From IMG/VR virus record IMGVR_UViG_3300025121_000011, positions 62,001 through 126,000 of that record: a stretch of DNA of 64,000 nucleotides, one strand, 5' to 3'. The notes beneath the pieces are model-generated. The model ran no database searches and was not told where the DNA came from. It worked only from the letters and a program-made list of their open reading frames with translations. The translations under genes were made by a program, and so were the position numbers. Positions 40,251 through 49,476 of this stretch are shown here, one piece after another; position 1 is the first letter of the stretch; every line of letters starts with the position of its first letter.

Positions 40251-40637
40251 ATGCCAAAATGGGATCATATAACTAAACAGGCTTGGGAACAGAGCGAAAC
40301 GGCTATGGAATTTGAAAAATATATTCTTTCTTTAGCCGAAAGATTAGATTTGATGGCTCAAGCTTCTACGTTAGATACAGTCAATCAGAAGGCTACTGAA
40401 GTTAAAAATACTATGGGTGATGCAAAGAAAAGTTTAGATGCATTTGTTGATTCTGCCTTAGCAGATGACGCAGAAACAAATCCTGAGTTAGAAGAGATAA
40501 GCGAAGAAGAGCAAAAAGAAGCAAAAGCAAAGTTGTTATTAGAACTTAAACTTGCTGCTGAAGCTGCCGCAGATCTAGGTAATATTAAACTGGCCTACCG
40601 GATTGAGAGAACAATATCTGAAATTTCCGGAGAATAA
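40251..40637 (+). CDS. putative head protein with C-terminal tag
   Basis: TACTAATT at 40212; AGGAG SD; LKLAAEAAADLGNIKLAYRI. Confidence 0.6.
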   Translation: MPKWDHITKQAWEQSETAMEFEKYILSLAERLDLMAQASTLDTVNQKATEVKNTMGDAKKSLDAFVDSALADDAETNPELEEISEEEQKEAKAKLLLELKLAAEAAADLGNIKLAYRIERTISEISGE

Positions 40638-40640
40638 ATT

Positions 40641-43298
40641 ATGAAAATAAATCGCGCAGGTTCCTCAGAAATATTTGATATTTATTCTGATATAATGCAA
40701 AAATATTTGACCAAAAAAGCTGGTAAAGCAACGGAAGTTGGTGAAGCTTTATTTAAAGAATTATTTCCATCTGCTACTAAAATATCTTTTGATTCTTCCC
40801 AACAACTTTTAGAAGTTTTTACGAAAGTCACCGAAGGGAAATCTTTACCTGCTATCGGTAGAAAACTTAGATTTATTGGGGAACAGCTTTCTAATAATGG
40901 ACCTAAGTTGACAGATCCAAACTGGATAGATACTTCGGAAGATTTTATACAAGAAGCAGTAATGAATTGCGAAGATGTATTAGATGCTATTAAAGGGATT
41001 TCTATAAATGATACAGAGTCTGCTAAATTAGTTGCATATATGCAGCGAGTCGTCTCAAAAGAAGGCCCAGATCAAGTTGCGCTTTTAGAAGTAGCCTCAA
41101 GACGTTTAAAGACCATAGGTCCTCCAAAAGTAGAACCTTCAGTTACTCCAAAAGTAGAACCTTCAGTTACTCCAAAAGTAGAACCTCCAGTTGCTCCAAA
41201 AGCAGAACTTCCAATTGCTCCAAAAGCAGAACCTCCAATTGCTCCAAAAGTGCAGTCTCCCGCTCAACCAGCGGCTGGTATAAGAGGTCGAGGCGTCCCG
41301 GTGGCTCCAAAACCAAAGCCACTTCAAGAAGGCGAGTTGGGCGCAAGAATTCGACAAAATTCTGCTCCAAAAGTAGCAGTTACAAAAGCTAAGGTTGAGC
41401 AAGCTACTGGTGTAGCTATGCCAGCTAAAGCTGTAGAGTCATTAGATAATAGCGTTGAAATTGCTGCCAGACTTGGTGCGATGGAAGCTTCTATTGCAGA
41501 ATTATCTACTGCCGCCGCACGTTCTGGAGAAGAAACTAAACGAGCAATTCAGCCAGTTATAGAGTCATTAAAACAAGAATCTGCTGAATCTGCTCAAAAA
41601 TTGCAAAGTATTGCAGATGAAGTCGCTCAAATACACACAGATAAAGCAAAAATAGCAAAGGGCTTATCTGACGAACAAGCAAAAGCTGTCAAAAAGATGG
41701 TGGAAAAAGAGACTAAAAGTTTGGCCACAGCTTCCAAGAAGGCTGGTGCCGAAGAGTCAAGTAGACTTTTAAAAAATACAGAGATTGCTCAAAATTTTTC
41801 AGCCGCTGTTCAAAAGGGAGTGGTAGGAAAATTTTTACTCGGAGTTGCAGGACCACTAGCCCTTAAAGGGCTGGGTATAGCCGCAGTATTGGGTTTATTA
41901 GCTTGGGGTGGAATATCGTTGTGGGATTACTTATCTAATCCTGATAATAAAGATGACCTACAAACATATCAAACCAGCGTTTCAGATTTGGGAAAAGCAA
42001 TTGCTGCCGCTAGAGCTGCTCATGGAACGTTACGTTTTAATCAAAGAACTTATGGTAACGAACAGAATATAGATGTTTTGGATGAATTAAAAGATAATGA
42101 AGAGAGTGCTTCTATTTTAATGGAACCAAAAGATCCGGCCGCTATGATAATTGCCGCAAAACAAACGGAAGAATTAAAAGCTGAAATTACGGAATTTTTA
42201 ACAAATCAAGAAGCTCTTAGAGGTGACTTGGCTTCTCTAGATGGCTTCCAAGAGACTATTCAGGCGGATCAGCAACTGCTGAGTGCTTTAGAACATTGGA
42301 GACAGGTGGTAATCGACATTTACCCAGCCGCTGAATCTGCAATTAGTGCAGGAGCTGGAAGTGCTAATATTGGTGCAGCCACAGGACCTATTGCAGAAAG
42401 TAGACCCGGAGCCTCAACTGGAGCCTCAACAGATCTTGGTTCTGGATCTGATAATCCTATTATTTTAGATGTTTATGGAGAAAAAATAGATATCTCAAAT
42501 AAACCACCAGGATTTAGAAGTGCGGCTTTTAGAATTGCAAGTGATTTATTACAAACTCCATTAGGTATGGCCTTTATGGATCCGGATAATAGATGGGGAG
42601 GTTTTATCAGGAAAACTGGTAATCCACAAATTGATTATTTAAATTCTTTAGGTTATCTTTATAAAGAGGGCGTATTTAATCGTTCTCAATTAAGAAAGTT
42701 TATTCGACATTCATTACCCAAACAAGGACGCCGCAGACATAGTGGATGGAAAAATGCTATAAATTATTATCGTAATAATCCAGTTTCACAAAAAGTGGCT
42801 GAAAATCTATTACTTTCACAGAGTTTTATTAAAGAATCTACTAATAGATTAAACATTGGTATGAGGAAAATGGCAGATCAATATCCAAATAAGTATATAA
42901 GTGATGCTATTTCTGGTCTTTCAGATCAATATTCTAAGTTATATTATGCAGGGCTTAAAAGCATGTATAATCAGAAGAGGGAGAATGTAAAGGCTGATTA
43001 TTCTGATCTTTATGATGTTCATAAAGAGAAGGGTGCAGACTTAATTCACGAAGCACATCCAAATGCTATTGTTGTTTCTGATGCAATGGGAAATGGGGGC
43101 TTAGTGGAAAATTTGCTAGAGCAAAAATCACATTCTGAAGGTGTGGCTAAGAGCGCTCCTACAGGAAACTTTCGAGGAAAACACGCTGATCTCGCAGTGA
43201 TTGACGCTTTGATTAAAATTGCAAATCAAGCTGATAATGACGGACTTTTTGAAGTTTCTAAAATGATAGATTCAACGATTGAATCTATTCTAAATTAA
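40641..43298 (+). CDS. large putative internal virion protein (Pro repeats, coiled coil, hydrophobic segment, C-terminal tag)
   Basis: PKVEP repeats; LLGVAGPLALKGLGIAAVLGLLAWGG; LIKIANQADNDGLFEVSKMI. Confidence 0.6.
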   Translation: MKINRAGSSEIFDIYSDIMQKYLTKKAGKATEVGEALFKELFPSATKISFDSSQQLLEVFTKVTEGKSLPAIGRKLRFIGEQLSNNGPKLTDPNWIDTSEDFIQEAVMNCEDVLDAIKGISINDTESAKLVAYMQRVVSKEGPDQVALLEVASRRLKTIGPPKVEPSVTPKVEPSVTPKVEPPVAPKAELPIAPKAEPPIAPKVQSPAQPAAGIRGRGVPVAPKPKPLQEGELGARIRQNSAPKVAVTKAKVEQATGVAMPAKAVESLDNSVEIAARLGAMEASIAELSTAAARSGEETKRAIQPVIESLKQESAESAQKLQSIADEVAQIHTDKAKIAKGLSDEQAKAVKKMVEKETKSLATASKKAGAEESSRLLKNTEIAQNFSAAVQKGVVGKFLLGVAGPLALKGLGIAAVLGLLAWGGISLWDYLSNPDNKDDLQTYQTSVSDLGKAIAAARAAHGTLRFNQRTYGNEQNIDVLDELKDNEESASILMEPKDPAAMIIAAKQTEELKAEITEFLTNQEALRGDLASLDGFQETIQADQQLLSALEHWRQVVIDIYPAAESAISAGAGSANIGAATGPIAESRPGASTGASTDLGSGSDNPIILDVYGEKIDISNKPPGFRSAAFRIASDLLQTPLGMAFMDPDNRWGGFIRKTGNPQIDYLNSLGYLYKEGVFNRSQLRKFIRHSLPKQGRRRHSGWKNAINYYRNNPVSQKVAENLLLSQSFIKESTNRLNIGMRKMADQYPNKYISDAISGLSDQYSKLYYAGLKSMYNQKRENVKADYSDLYDVHKEKGADLIHEAHPNAIVVSDAMGNGGLVENLLEQKSHSEGVAKSAPTGNFRGKHADLAVIDALIKIANQADNDGLFEVSKMIDSTIESILN
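41122..41252 (+). repeat. 24-nt tandem repeat (about 5.5 units; PKVEPSVT/PKAEPPIA)
   Basis: ctccaaaagtagaaccttcagtta units that diverge along the array. Confidence 0.9.
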
Positions 43299-43319
43299 AA
43301 ATAAGTAGGAGAACAACTT

Positions 43320-43982
43320 ATGTTAAAACCACTACAGCCAGGAATTGAACCCCTAGGCCAATTTGATATCGAAGACGACAACGTCTCCTTAATTGTGGGC
43401 GGTGAAGTTGCGGTACTTCAGGCTCTTAACGTAGCAACAGACTTGTATGCTGCGGATGTTTTTGGTGACCCAGGTCCCCAGATTCATTTGATCTTAGGAC
43501 GCGTAGCAACTCATAGCGTTTTCTATGGATTAGTTGATGAAGGTAGCTCTGTCGGCGGTGACGGATCCGCAAGTTATGGCACCATGTTTGGTACTGTAAT
43601 TGGAGCAACTGTCGGTAAAGGAACTGGATTTGGTACCTCTTCAACCTCAGGTGTTGTTGTTATTGGACCAAGCACCATGGTCGGTTCAGGTAAGGCCACT
43701 TTGTGGACCAAACCAGGACTTTATGGTATCACTTCTGATGCATGGACTTCTTCTGCCGAATATGCTGCCGCAACCCTTAATGCACCAATTTATGGTGATG
43801 CTGCCGATGGTACTAATGATGGTAAATTAACTACCACAGGTGGTGGCAATGGTATTGCTGTCGCTTTACATATCGGTCGTGTTGATGATATTTCTCTAGT
43901 TTCAACTACGAATACCATGGCCGGCGAAACCTCAACCTCACAGTATGGTGCATTGTACCTTGCTGGCGTCCAAATTGCATAA
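43320..43982 (+). CDS. capsid decoration/cement-like protein
   Basis: Immediately upstream of the capsid gene; YGLVDE..STMVGSGKAT..G.Y..D..DGKLTT. Confidence 0.6.
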   Translation: MLKPLQPGIEPLGQFDIEDDNVSLIVGGEVAVLQALNVATDLYAADVFGDPGPQIHLILGRVATHSVFYGLVDEGSSVGGDGSASYGTMFGTVIGATVGKGTGFGTSSTSGVVVIGPSTMVGSGKATLWTKPGLYGITSDAWTSSAEYAAATLNAPIYGDAADGTNDGKLTTTGGGNGIAVALHIGRVDDISLVSTTNTMAGETSTSQYGALYLAGVQIA

Positions 43983-43996
43983 TAAGGAGTTAAATT

Positions 43997-45010
43997 ATGT
44001 TTAATACACAAGGCGAATTAAGCGCAAAAAACGTAAAAGATGCTTTGGCCCAGATCGTAAGGTATGCGTCAATTATTGAAGAGTTAGCACCTTCTAGTTC
44101 AGCTCTATCTCAAGGTTCCTCACTAAATGAAGAGCAGAGAGATGAGATGATCAAGCAAGCTCTAATGACTCAAGAAGGCAAAATTGCTTTAGGTCAGGCT
44201 ATGGCCAACCCAATCCGAAGAAACCTTGACTATCAGGGTGTAGGACGAAAGGCTCTCGTAGTCGATCCCCTCCCACAAGGTGCTTTGCCAATATATGACC
44301 GCGATATTGATGTTGGTGCAGTTGTTATTTCTAGTAACGGTACCGCTCCAGAATCACGCGTTTTTGGTGACAGAGTAACTATTCCTGAGTTTGAAGTGGT
44401 TTCTAACCCAACTGTCCGTATTGCTGAAGTCAAGCGTCGGAGATTTAATGTTATCGATCGTGCCCAGCAAAAGGCTCGTCAGGAAATTCAAGCCCAGGAA
44501 GACAAGAACGTATTTGCTGCTCTTGATTTCGCAACTGATAGTGCTAAAGGTGGAGAGAATGCCTACCAGCGTTTAGATAATACTACAACTGCTGATGAAC
44601 TTTCAAAGCAGGGCCTTTTGGCTCTAAAGCGTCAAGTTGATCGGTGGGACCTGGTAACTTCTAAATATTTTATGCATATCAACGAATTTACCGATATGCT
44701 CAATTGGGAATCTGCTGGTGCTGCTGGTGCTTCACAGGTAGATCCTGTTACTCAGCGTGAATTGCTACAAACTGGCCTTTATGGCTCAATCTTCGGTGCC
44801 GACATCATCGTCTCTAAGGTTGTTGAGAACCGTCAGGTTTTCGCAGTTGCAGATCCTGAGTTCGTAGGTGTTATGCCTATTCGCCAGGACATAGAAGTAT
44901 TACCCGCTGACGAACCTAAACAATTGAAGTTAGGCTGGGTGGTGAGTGAAATAATAGGTATAGGTATCGTCAATCCTCGTGGCGCTGCAAGTGGTTATGT
45001 GACTGATTAA
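43997..45010 (+). CDS. major capsid protein (HK97 fold)
   Basis: ALGQAMANPIR, P.FEV.SNP.V, IQAQED, G.IFGADI..S; strong SD, optimised codons, strong downstream terminator. Confidence 0.85.
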   Translation: MFNTQGELSAKNVKDALAQIVRYASIIEELAPSSSALSQGSSLNEEQRDEMIKQALMTQEGKIALGQAMANPIRRNLDYQGVGRKALVVDPLPQGALPIYDRDIDVGAVVISSNGTAPESRVFGDRVTIPEFEVVSNPTVRIAEVKRRRFNVIDRAQQKARQEIQAQEDKNVFAALDFATDSAKGGENAYQRLDNTTTADELSKQGLLALKRQVDRWDLVTSKYFMHINEFTDMLNWESAGAAGASQVDPVTQRELLQTGLYGSIFGADIIVSKVVENRQVFAVADPEFVGVMPIRQDIEVLPADEPKQLKLGWVVSEIIGIGIVNPRGAASGYVTD

Positions 45011-45041
45011 ATCTAAGTTTTAGAGAGATCGTTAAAATTCC

Positions 45042-45075
45042 AAATCCTCCAAAAGAAATTTTGGAGGATTTTTTT
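45042..45075 (+). terminator. rho-independent terminator after the capsid gene
   Basis: AAATCCTCCAAAA-GAAA-TTTTGGAGGATTT followed by Ts. Confidence 0.9.
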
Positions 45076-45214
45076 ATAAAAGATTTCGGTTACAACCCAT
45101 CCTAGTTTAAATTGCTTGGCAAAATTTTTATAAAAATCCCAAGAGTGTTTTGAAATAATTTAGTATAATTTCTATGGCTGCATTAACAAGTGTAAAATAA
45201 ATAGGAGTTATACA

Positions 45215-46630
45215 ATGAATGATAATTTTGATACCAAAACATGCTCTGCGTGCAAGCAAACAAAATCAATATCTGAATTTGGAAAAGATAAATATAATTT
45301 AGATAATTTAAAATCTCAATGCAAAGCATGTTGCCATGATATTTATTTAAAACGAACTTCAGATCCTGCAAAAAAACAAAAAATGATAGATACGAGAGAT
45401 AAGTGGAGAATCGAAAACAAAGAGCATTATAATGCAAGCGCCCTTGAGCATTATCATTTAAATAAAGATAAAATTAATGCAAAACGAGCTGAAAAGCGAA
45501 AAAAATTAAAAAGTAATAAAATTAAAGAGCCTATAAATATTAACCTATTAACTCATAAAACCTGTAAGAAGTGTGAACAGAGATTATCATTAGTTGATTT
45601 TGATCATAATAATATAACCAAAGATGGTTATGAGAATAGTTGTAAATCTTGTCGAAAAGAGCAAAGACGCAAAAGTGTTTTAAAAAAACAACAACAGATT
45701 GCGTTCGGAATAGTACAGGCTCCAACTATTAAAAAATGCAAAGTATGTCAACAAACCTTATTGATAGATTCTTTTAATAAAGATTCTTCTAGAGGTGATG
45801 GTTATGAAACGGCTTGTAAAACTTGTAAAAGTAAATTACATTCTAAATATATTTCAAATCCAATAAATAAAAGAAAATATCTATTAAAAAGCAAAAAATG
45901 GAGACTGGAAAATTTAGAACACTATAAAAGAGTAAATAAAAAATACTATATAGTACACAGAGAGGAAAGATTAAAAAAGAATGCAGAATATCACAAAACA
46001 GATAATGGCCGATGGACAAGTCTTATTTGTCAGGCAAATTATCGCAAAAAGAATGTTTCTATCTCTATGAGTGAATTTTTGGAAATAACTTCTAAGCCAT
46101 GTAGATATTGTGGTATATTAAATAATAATGGTATTGATAGAATAGACTCTAGTAAAGGATATGAAATAAATAATTGTGCTCCATGCTGTACGCGATGCAA
46201 TTATATGAAAAATGCATTAAGTGAATCTGAATTCTTTAATCATCTTCGTAAAATATCTTCTTATCAAGAAACCGGAGAAATAGAAGATGTTCTTCCTCAT
46301 GTAAAATATTCTGGTAATATAACGAAAGATATGTATCTTACACCAACCGCAAGATATAATGTGCACAAAAGAAGAGCGAGAAAGAAAGGTTTTCAATTTG
46401 CTTTATCATATACTTATTTTATTAAGTATTGGCAAAAACCATGTCATTATTGTGGCTCTGTTATAAATACAATTGGATTAGATAGAGTAAACAACGATGA
46501 AGGTTATATTCCGGAGAATATTGTTTCTTGTTGTCAAACGTGTAATTCTATGAAATCTGTTTCTCTACAATCAGATTTTTTAAATCACGTACAAGCAATT
46601 TTAACCTTTTTGCAAAATAATATTAAATAA
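45215..46630 (+). CDS. HNH endonuclease with three CxxC..CxxC modules and two HNH-like domains
   Basis: CRYCG..GIDRIDSSKGY..CCTRCNYMK and CHYCG..GLDRVNNDEGY..CCQTCNSMK. Confidence 0.8.
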   Translation: MNDNFDTKTCSACKQTKSISEFGKDKYNLDNLKSQCKACCHDIYLKRTSDPAKKQKMIDTRDKWRIENKEHYNASALEHYHLNKDKINAKRAEKRKKLKSNKIKEPININLLTHKTCKKCEQRLSLVDFDHNNITKDGYENSCKSCRKEQRRKSVLKKQQQIAFGIVQAPTIKKCKVCQQTLLIDSFNKDSSRGDGYETACKTCKSKLHSKYISNPINKRKYLLKSKKWRLENLEHYKRVNKKYYIVHREERLKKNAEYHKTDNGRWTSLICQANYRKKNVSISMSEFLEITSKPCRYCGILNNNGIDRIDSSKGYEINNCAPCCTRCNYMKNALSESEFFNHLRKISSYQETGEIEDVLPHVKYSGNITKDMYLTPTARYNVHKRRARKKGFQFALSYTYFIKYWQKPCHYCGSVINTIGLDRVNNDEGYIPENIVSCCQTCNSMKSVSLQSDFLNHVQAILTFLQNNIK

Positions 46631-46659
46631 TTTTTCTTACCTTTCTAATTCATATAATC

Positions 46660-46688
46660 TTGAACCAAGATCCCCCGTCCGGTATATT
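46660..46688 (+). promoter_or_regulatory. sigma70-type promoter
   Basis: TTGAAC-N17-TATATT upstream of the small ORFs and purB. Confidence 0.55.
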
Positions 46689-46788
46689 CCATATAGGTGG
46701 TTTGCCGTCTATTTTGGGCAATTGATTTACTAGATATAGATTGTTCTGGAACAGATTTAAGAAAAATCATCGATTAACTGATAAAATA

Positions 46789-46896
46789 ATGGATTTAGAT
46801 TCAGATATTCAAAACTTTATTAGTGACTTTTATAAAGATGCGTGGAGAATTATTATTAGACCTTGGAAAGATTATATATTTCAAGAAGATTTATAA
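46789..46896 (+). CDS. 35-aa hypothetical ORF
   Basis: MDLDSDIQNFISDFYKDAWRIIIRPWKDYIFQEDL; read manually. Confidence 0.3.
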   Translation: MDLDSDIQNFISDFYKDAWRIIIRPWKDYIFQEDL

Positions 46897-46905
46897 GGAT
46901 TATAA

Positions 46906-47157
46906 ATGAATTTTTGGTTTTCTGAATATAAACAATTGTGTGATGATTTTGAGGCAATTGGTTATGATATTGGAAAATATCGCCTTCTCGACCAAAGCGA
47001 ATGTGTAAAATTTTGTATTGTAAATAGCAAAGTTACATTATGGATTTGGTCTGATGAGATGCACGAATATGAACCATATCAAATATCTGAAGTATTTGAT
47101 GTATTATCAAAAAAAGTACAAGAAATAATTATTCATAATATGGATCTATTTGTATAA
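46906..47157 (+). CDS. small hypothetical protein
   Basis: AAGGA SD; ends VQEIIIHNMDLFV. Confidence 0.55.
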   Translation: MNFWFSEYKQLCDDFEAIGYDIGKYRLLDQSECVKFCIVNSKVTLWIWSDEMHEYEPYQISEVFDVLSKKVQEIIIHNMDLFV

Positions 47158-47166
47158 AGGAGCATT

Positions 47167-48480
47167 ATGATTTATCGATATGCAAAACCAGAAGCTATTG
47201 CTATTTGGTCAGATCAACGCAAATACAGTATCATGCTGGAGATTGAATTATTGGCATGCGAAGCAATGGAAGAAATTAAAGAAATCCCAGATGGAATTGC
47301 GGCAGCTTGTCGTTTGGGTTCAAAATGTTTATTGCCAGATAAGTTTCCTGTAGAACGTATTATCGAAATTGAAAATACAACAAAGCATGATGTTATTGCT
47401 TTTTTAACTATGATAAACGAAACTATTGGAGAATCGGCCCGATATCTACATAAAGGAATGACAAGCAGTGATGTATTAGACACAGCTTTTGCAATACAAC
47501 TAAAAGAGTCTGGAGAATTAATATTAAATTCTTTAAATAATGTATTACAAATATTAGAAGCGTTGTCTCATAAACATGCTTTTACTTTATGTATGGGTCG
47601 TAGTCACGGAATCCATGCTGAACCAACAACCTTCGGAATGAAGATGGCTATATTATGGGATCAATTACGGAGAGATAAAGAGAGATTGTCTCGGGCCACA
47701 AAAGAAGTTGCTGTTGGTAAATTGTCCGGTGTAGTTGGAACATTTGCTCATCTAGATCCAAGAATAGAGGAATACGTTTGTCAACACTTGGGGTTAACTC
47801 CTTCTCCAATTTCAAATCAAATCATTCAAAGAGATCTTCATGCTCACTATTTTCATTGTCTCGCGTTGTTAGCAACTTCAATTGAAAAAATTGTGGTTGA
47901 AATTCGTAATCTTCAACGCACAGAAATTATGGAAGTAATGGAGCCATTTTCTGATGGCCAAAAGGGTAGCTCTGCGATGCCTCATAAGAGAAATCCTATT
48001 CTTAGTGAAAATCTTTGTGGGTTAGCCAGACTTGTCCGTGGTTATGCAGATTCTGCAATGGAAAATGTGGTATTATGGCATGAGCGAGACATTTCTCATT
48101 CTTCAGTGGAACGGGTTATAGGCCCAGATGCTACGGTTACGGTACACTTTATGTTAGAGAGATTAAATGAGATCTTATCTGGATTGCAAATCCTACCTAA
48201 TAATATGCTTAAAAATATAGAACTGACTGGTGGCGCCTTTGTAGCTCAACGTATAATGTTAGCGTTAGTAGAAAAAGGACTATCTCGCGAAGAGGCATAT
48301 ACTTTGGTTCAAAATTGTGCAGCTAAATCTTGGTCAGAAAGTCGCCTACTATATGATGTAGTACTTGAATCATCAGATTTAAAAAAATATTTAAATAAAG
48401 AAGATCTAGATGTATTATTTAATTTGGATTGGTATACTCGTAAAATAGGTAAAATACTTGACAGAGTCTTTACCGTTTAA
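47167..48480 (+). CDS. purB: adenylosuccinate lyase
   Basis: TKHDVIAF, H.GMTSSD, GRSHGIHAEPTTFG, GSSAMPHKRNP, WHERDISHSSVER. Confidence 0.97.
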   Translation: MIYRYAKPEAIAIWSDQRKYSIMLEIELLACEAMEEIKEIPDGIAAACRLGSKCLLPDKFPVERIIEIENTTKHDVIAFLTMINETIGESARYLHKGMTSSDVLDTAFAIQLKESGELILNSLNNVLQILEALSHKHAFTLCMGRSHGIHAEPTTFGMKMAILWDQLRRDKERLSRATKEVAVGKLSGVVGTFAHLDPRIEEYVCQHLGLTPSPISNQIIQRDLHAHYFHCLALLATSIEKIVVEIRNLQRTEIMEVMEPFSDGQKGSSAMPHKRNPILSENLCGLARLVRGYADSAMENVVLWHERDISHSSVERVIGPDATVTVHFMLERLNEILSGLQILPNNMLKNIELTGGAFVAQRIMLALVEKGLSREEAYTLVQNCAAKSWSESRLLYDVVLESSDLKKYLNKEDLDVLFNLDWYTRKIGKILDRVFTV

Positions 48481-48541
48481 TGTGGATTTATAGAAGCAAA
48501 CATATTAATATTTAGCGCTCCCATTAGATGGGAGAAATTTG

Positions 48542-49471
48542 ATGAATCGATTTTATCGTGCTATGCCAATTACAGCAGACAATATTCGACCCGGAGATTA
48601 TTTAACTAAAAATCGTAAGTTTGCAATTGATCACGCCATAACCTCCTCTGTTTACCATGGAGAAGATTATGGCGTTTTTCTTTGTTTAATTCCTGATGAT
48701 ATGTTTAAAGATGCAGATAATCCCGGTGAATATAAATATACAGGCAAAGAATTATTAAAAGCCACTTTAGTGGGAATAGCTAAATATAATAATTCTACAG
48801 CAGATTCAGAATTTCTGAGAGTTAAATTATCTTCATATAGTAATAAAGTTATAAGCCTATATGATTCACTTAAAAAATATAACTTAAATGGATATAAAGA
48901 TGTTTTAAAATTATTGACTTGTTCAAATAATATTAAAAATATGTTAATCTTAATACATCCAGACTGCTCTTTGGAACTTTCCCAAGAGGAATTCGGCAAT
49001 TATGTTAATGTAGTAAAATCTAATATTTCAAAATTTGATCTTGTAATAACAAATTTTTTTTATTCTTATGATTATAGAAATGATCGTTTTATCAAAAAAA
49101 ACCCAAGTCATGATAAATATATAGAATTAAGAGATTTTTTAGAACAGAATACCAAGCATTCTCTTGATACAGAGATGGGAAAAGATGTTTTTGAAAAAAT
49201 AGTTTCAGATATTTTAATTGATAATGAAAATGTCAATATTTACATGTCTGGAGGATATCAGGATTTATGCCTCGCCCAATCATATTCTAATTTTTGCGGA
49301 ATTTTGGATTGGATTATTAAAGATATGAATCATAAAGTTCTGATATATAAACCATTAGTTTTTTACAGAAGAGGAGGAGCTTTTAATCCTTCTGAGAGTA
49401 AATATGATAAAAGTATCAAAGAGGATTGGTGGAAGGATTTAGAGCACGAAGAAGATATAGATACGATTTAA
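48542..49471 (+). CDS. two-domain protein: ADP-ribosyltransferase-like N-terminus plus possible cysteine-hydrolase-like C-terminus
   Basis: FYRA..IRPGDYLT...FAIDHA..GEY; LILIHPD..IYMSGGYQDLCL; ATG at 48542 after GGGAG. Confidence 0.4.
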   Translation: MNRFYRAMPITADNIRPGDYLTKNRKFAIDHAITSSVYHGEDYGVFLCLIPDDMFKDADNPGEYKYTGKELLKATLVGIAKYNNSTADSEFLRVKLSSYSNKVISLYDSLKKYNLNGYKDVLKLLTCSNNIKNMLILIHPDCSLELSQEEFGNYVNVVKSNISKFDLVITNFFYSYDYRNDRFIKKNPSHDKYIELRDFLEQNTKHSLDTEMGKDVFEKIVSDILIDNENVNIYMSGGYQDLCLAQSYSNFCGILDWIIKDMNHKVLIYKPLVFYRRGGAFNPSESKYDKSIKEDWWKDLEHEEDIDTI

Positions 49472-49476
49472 TTATA

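Noticed and set aside
41122-41252. CRISPR-like array
   Set aside because: Contiguous in-frame 24-nt coding repeats without spacers, and no cas genes
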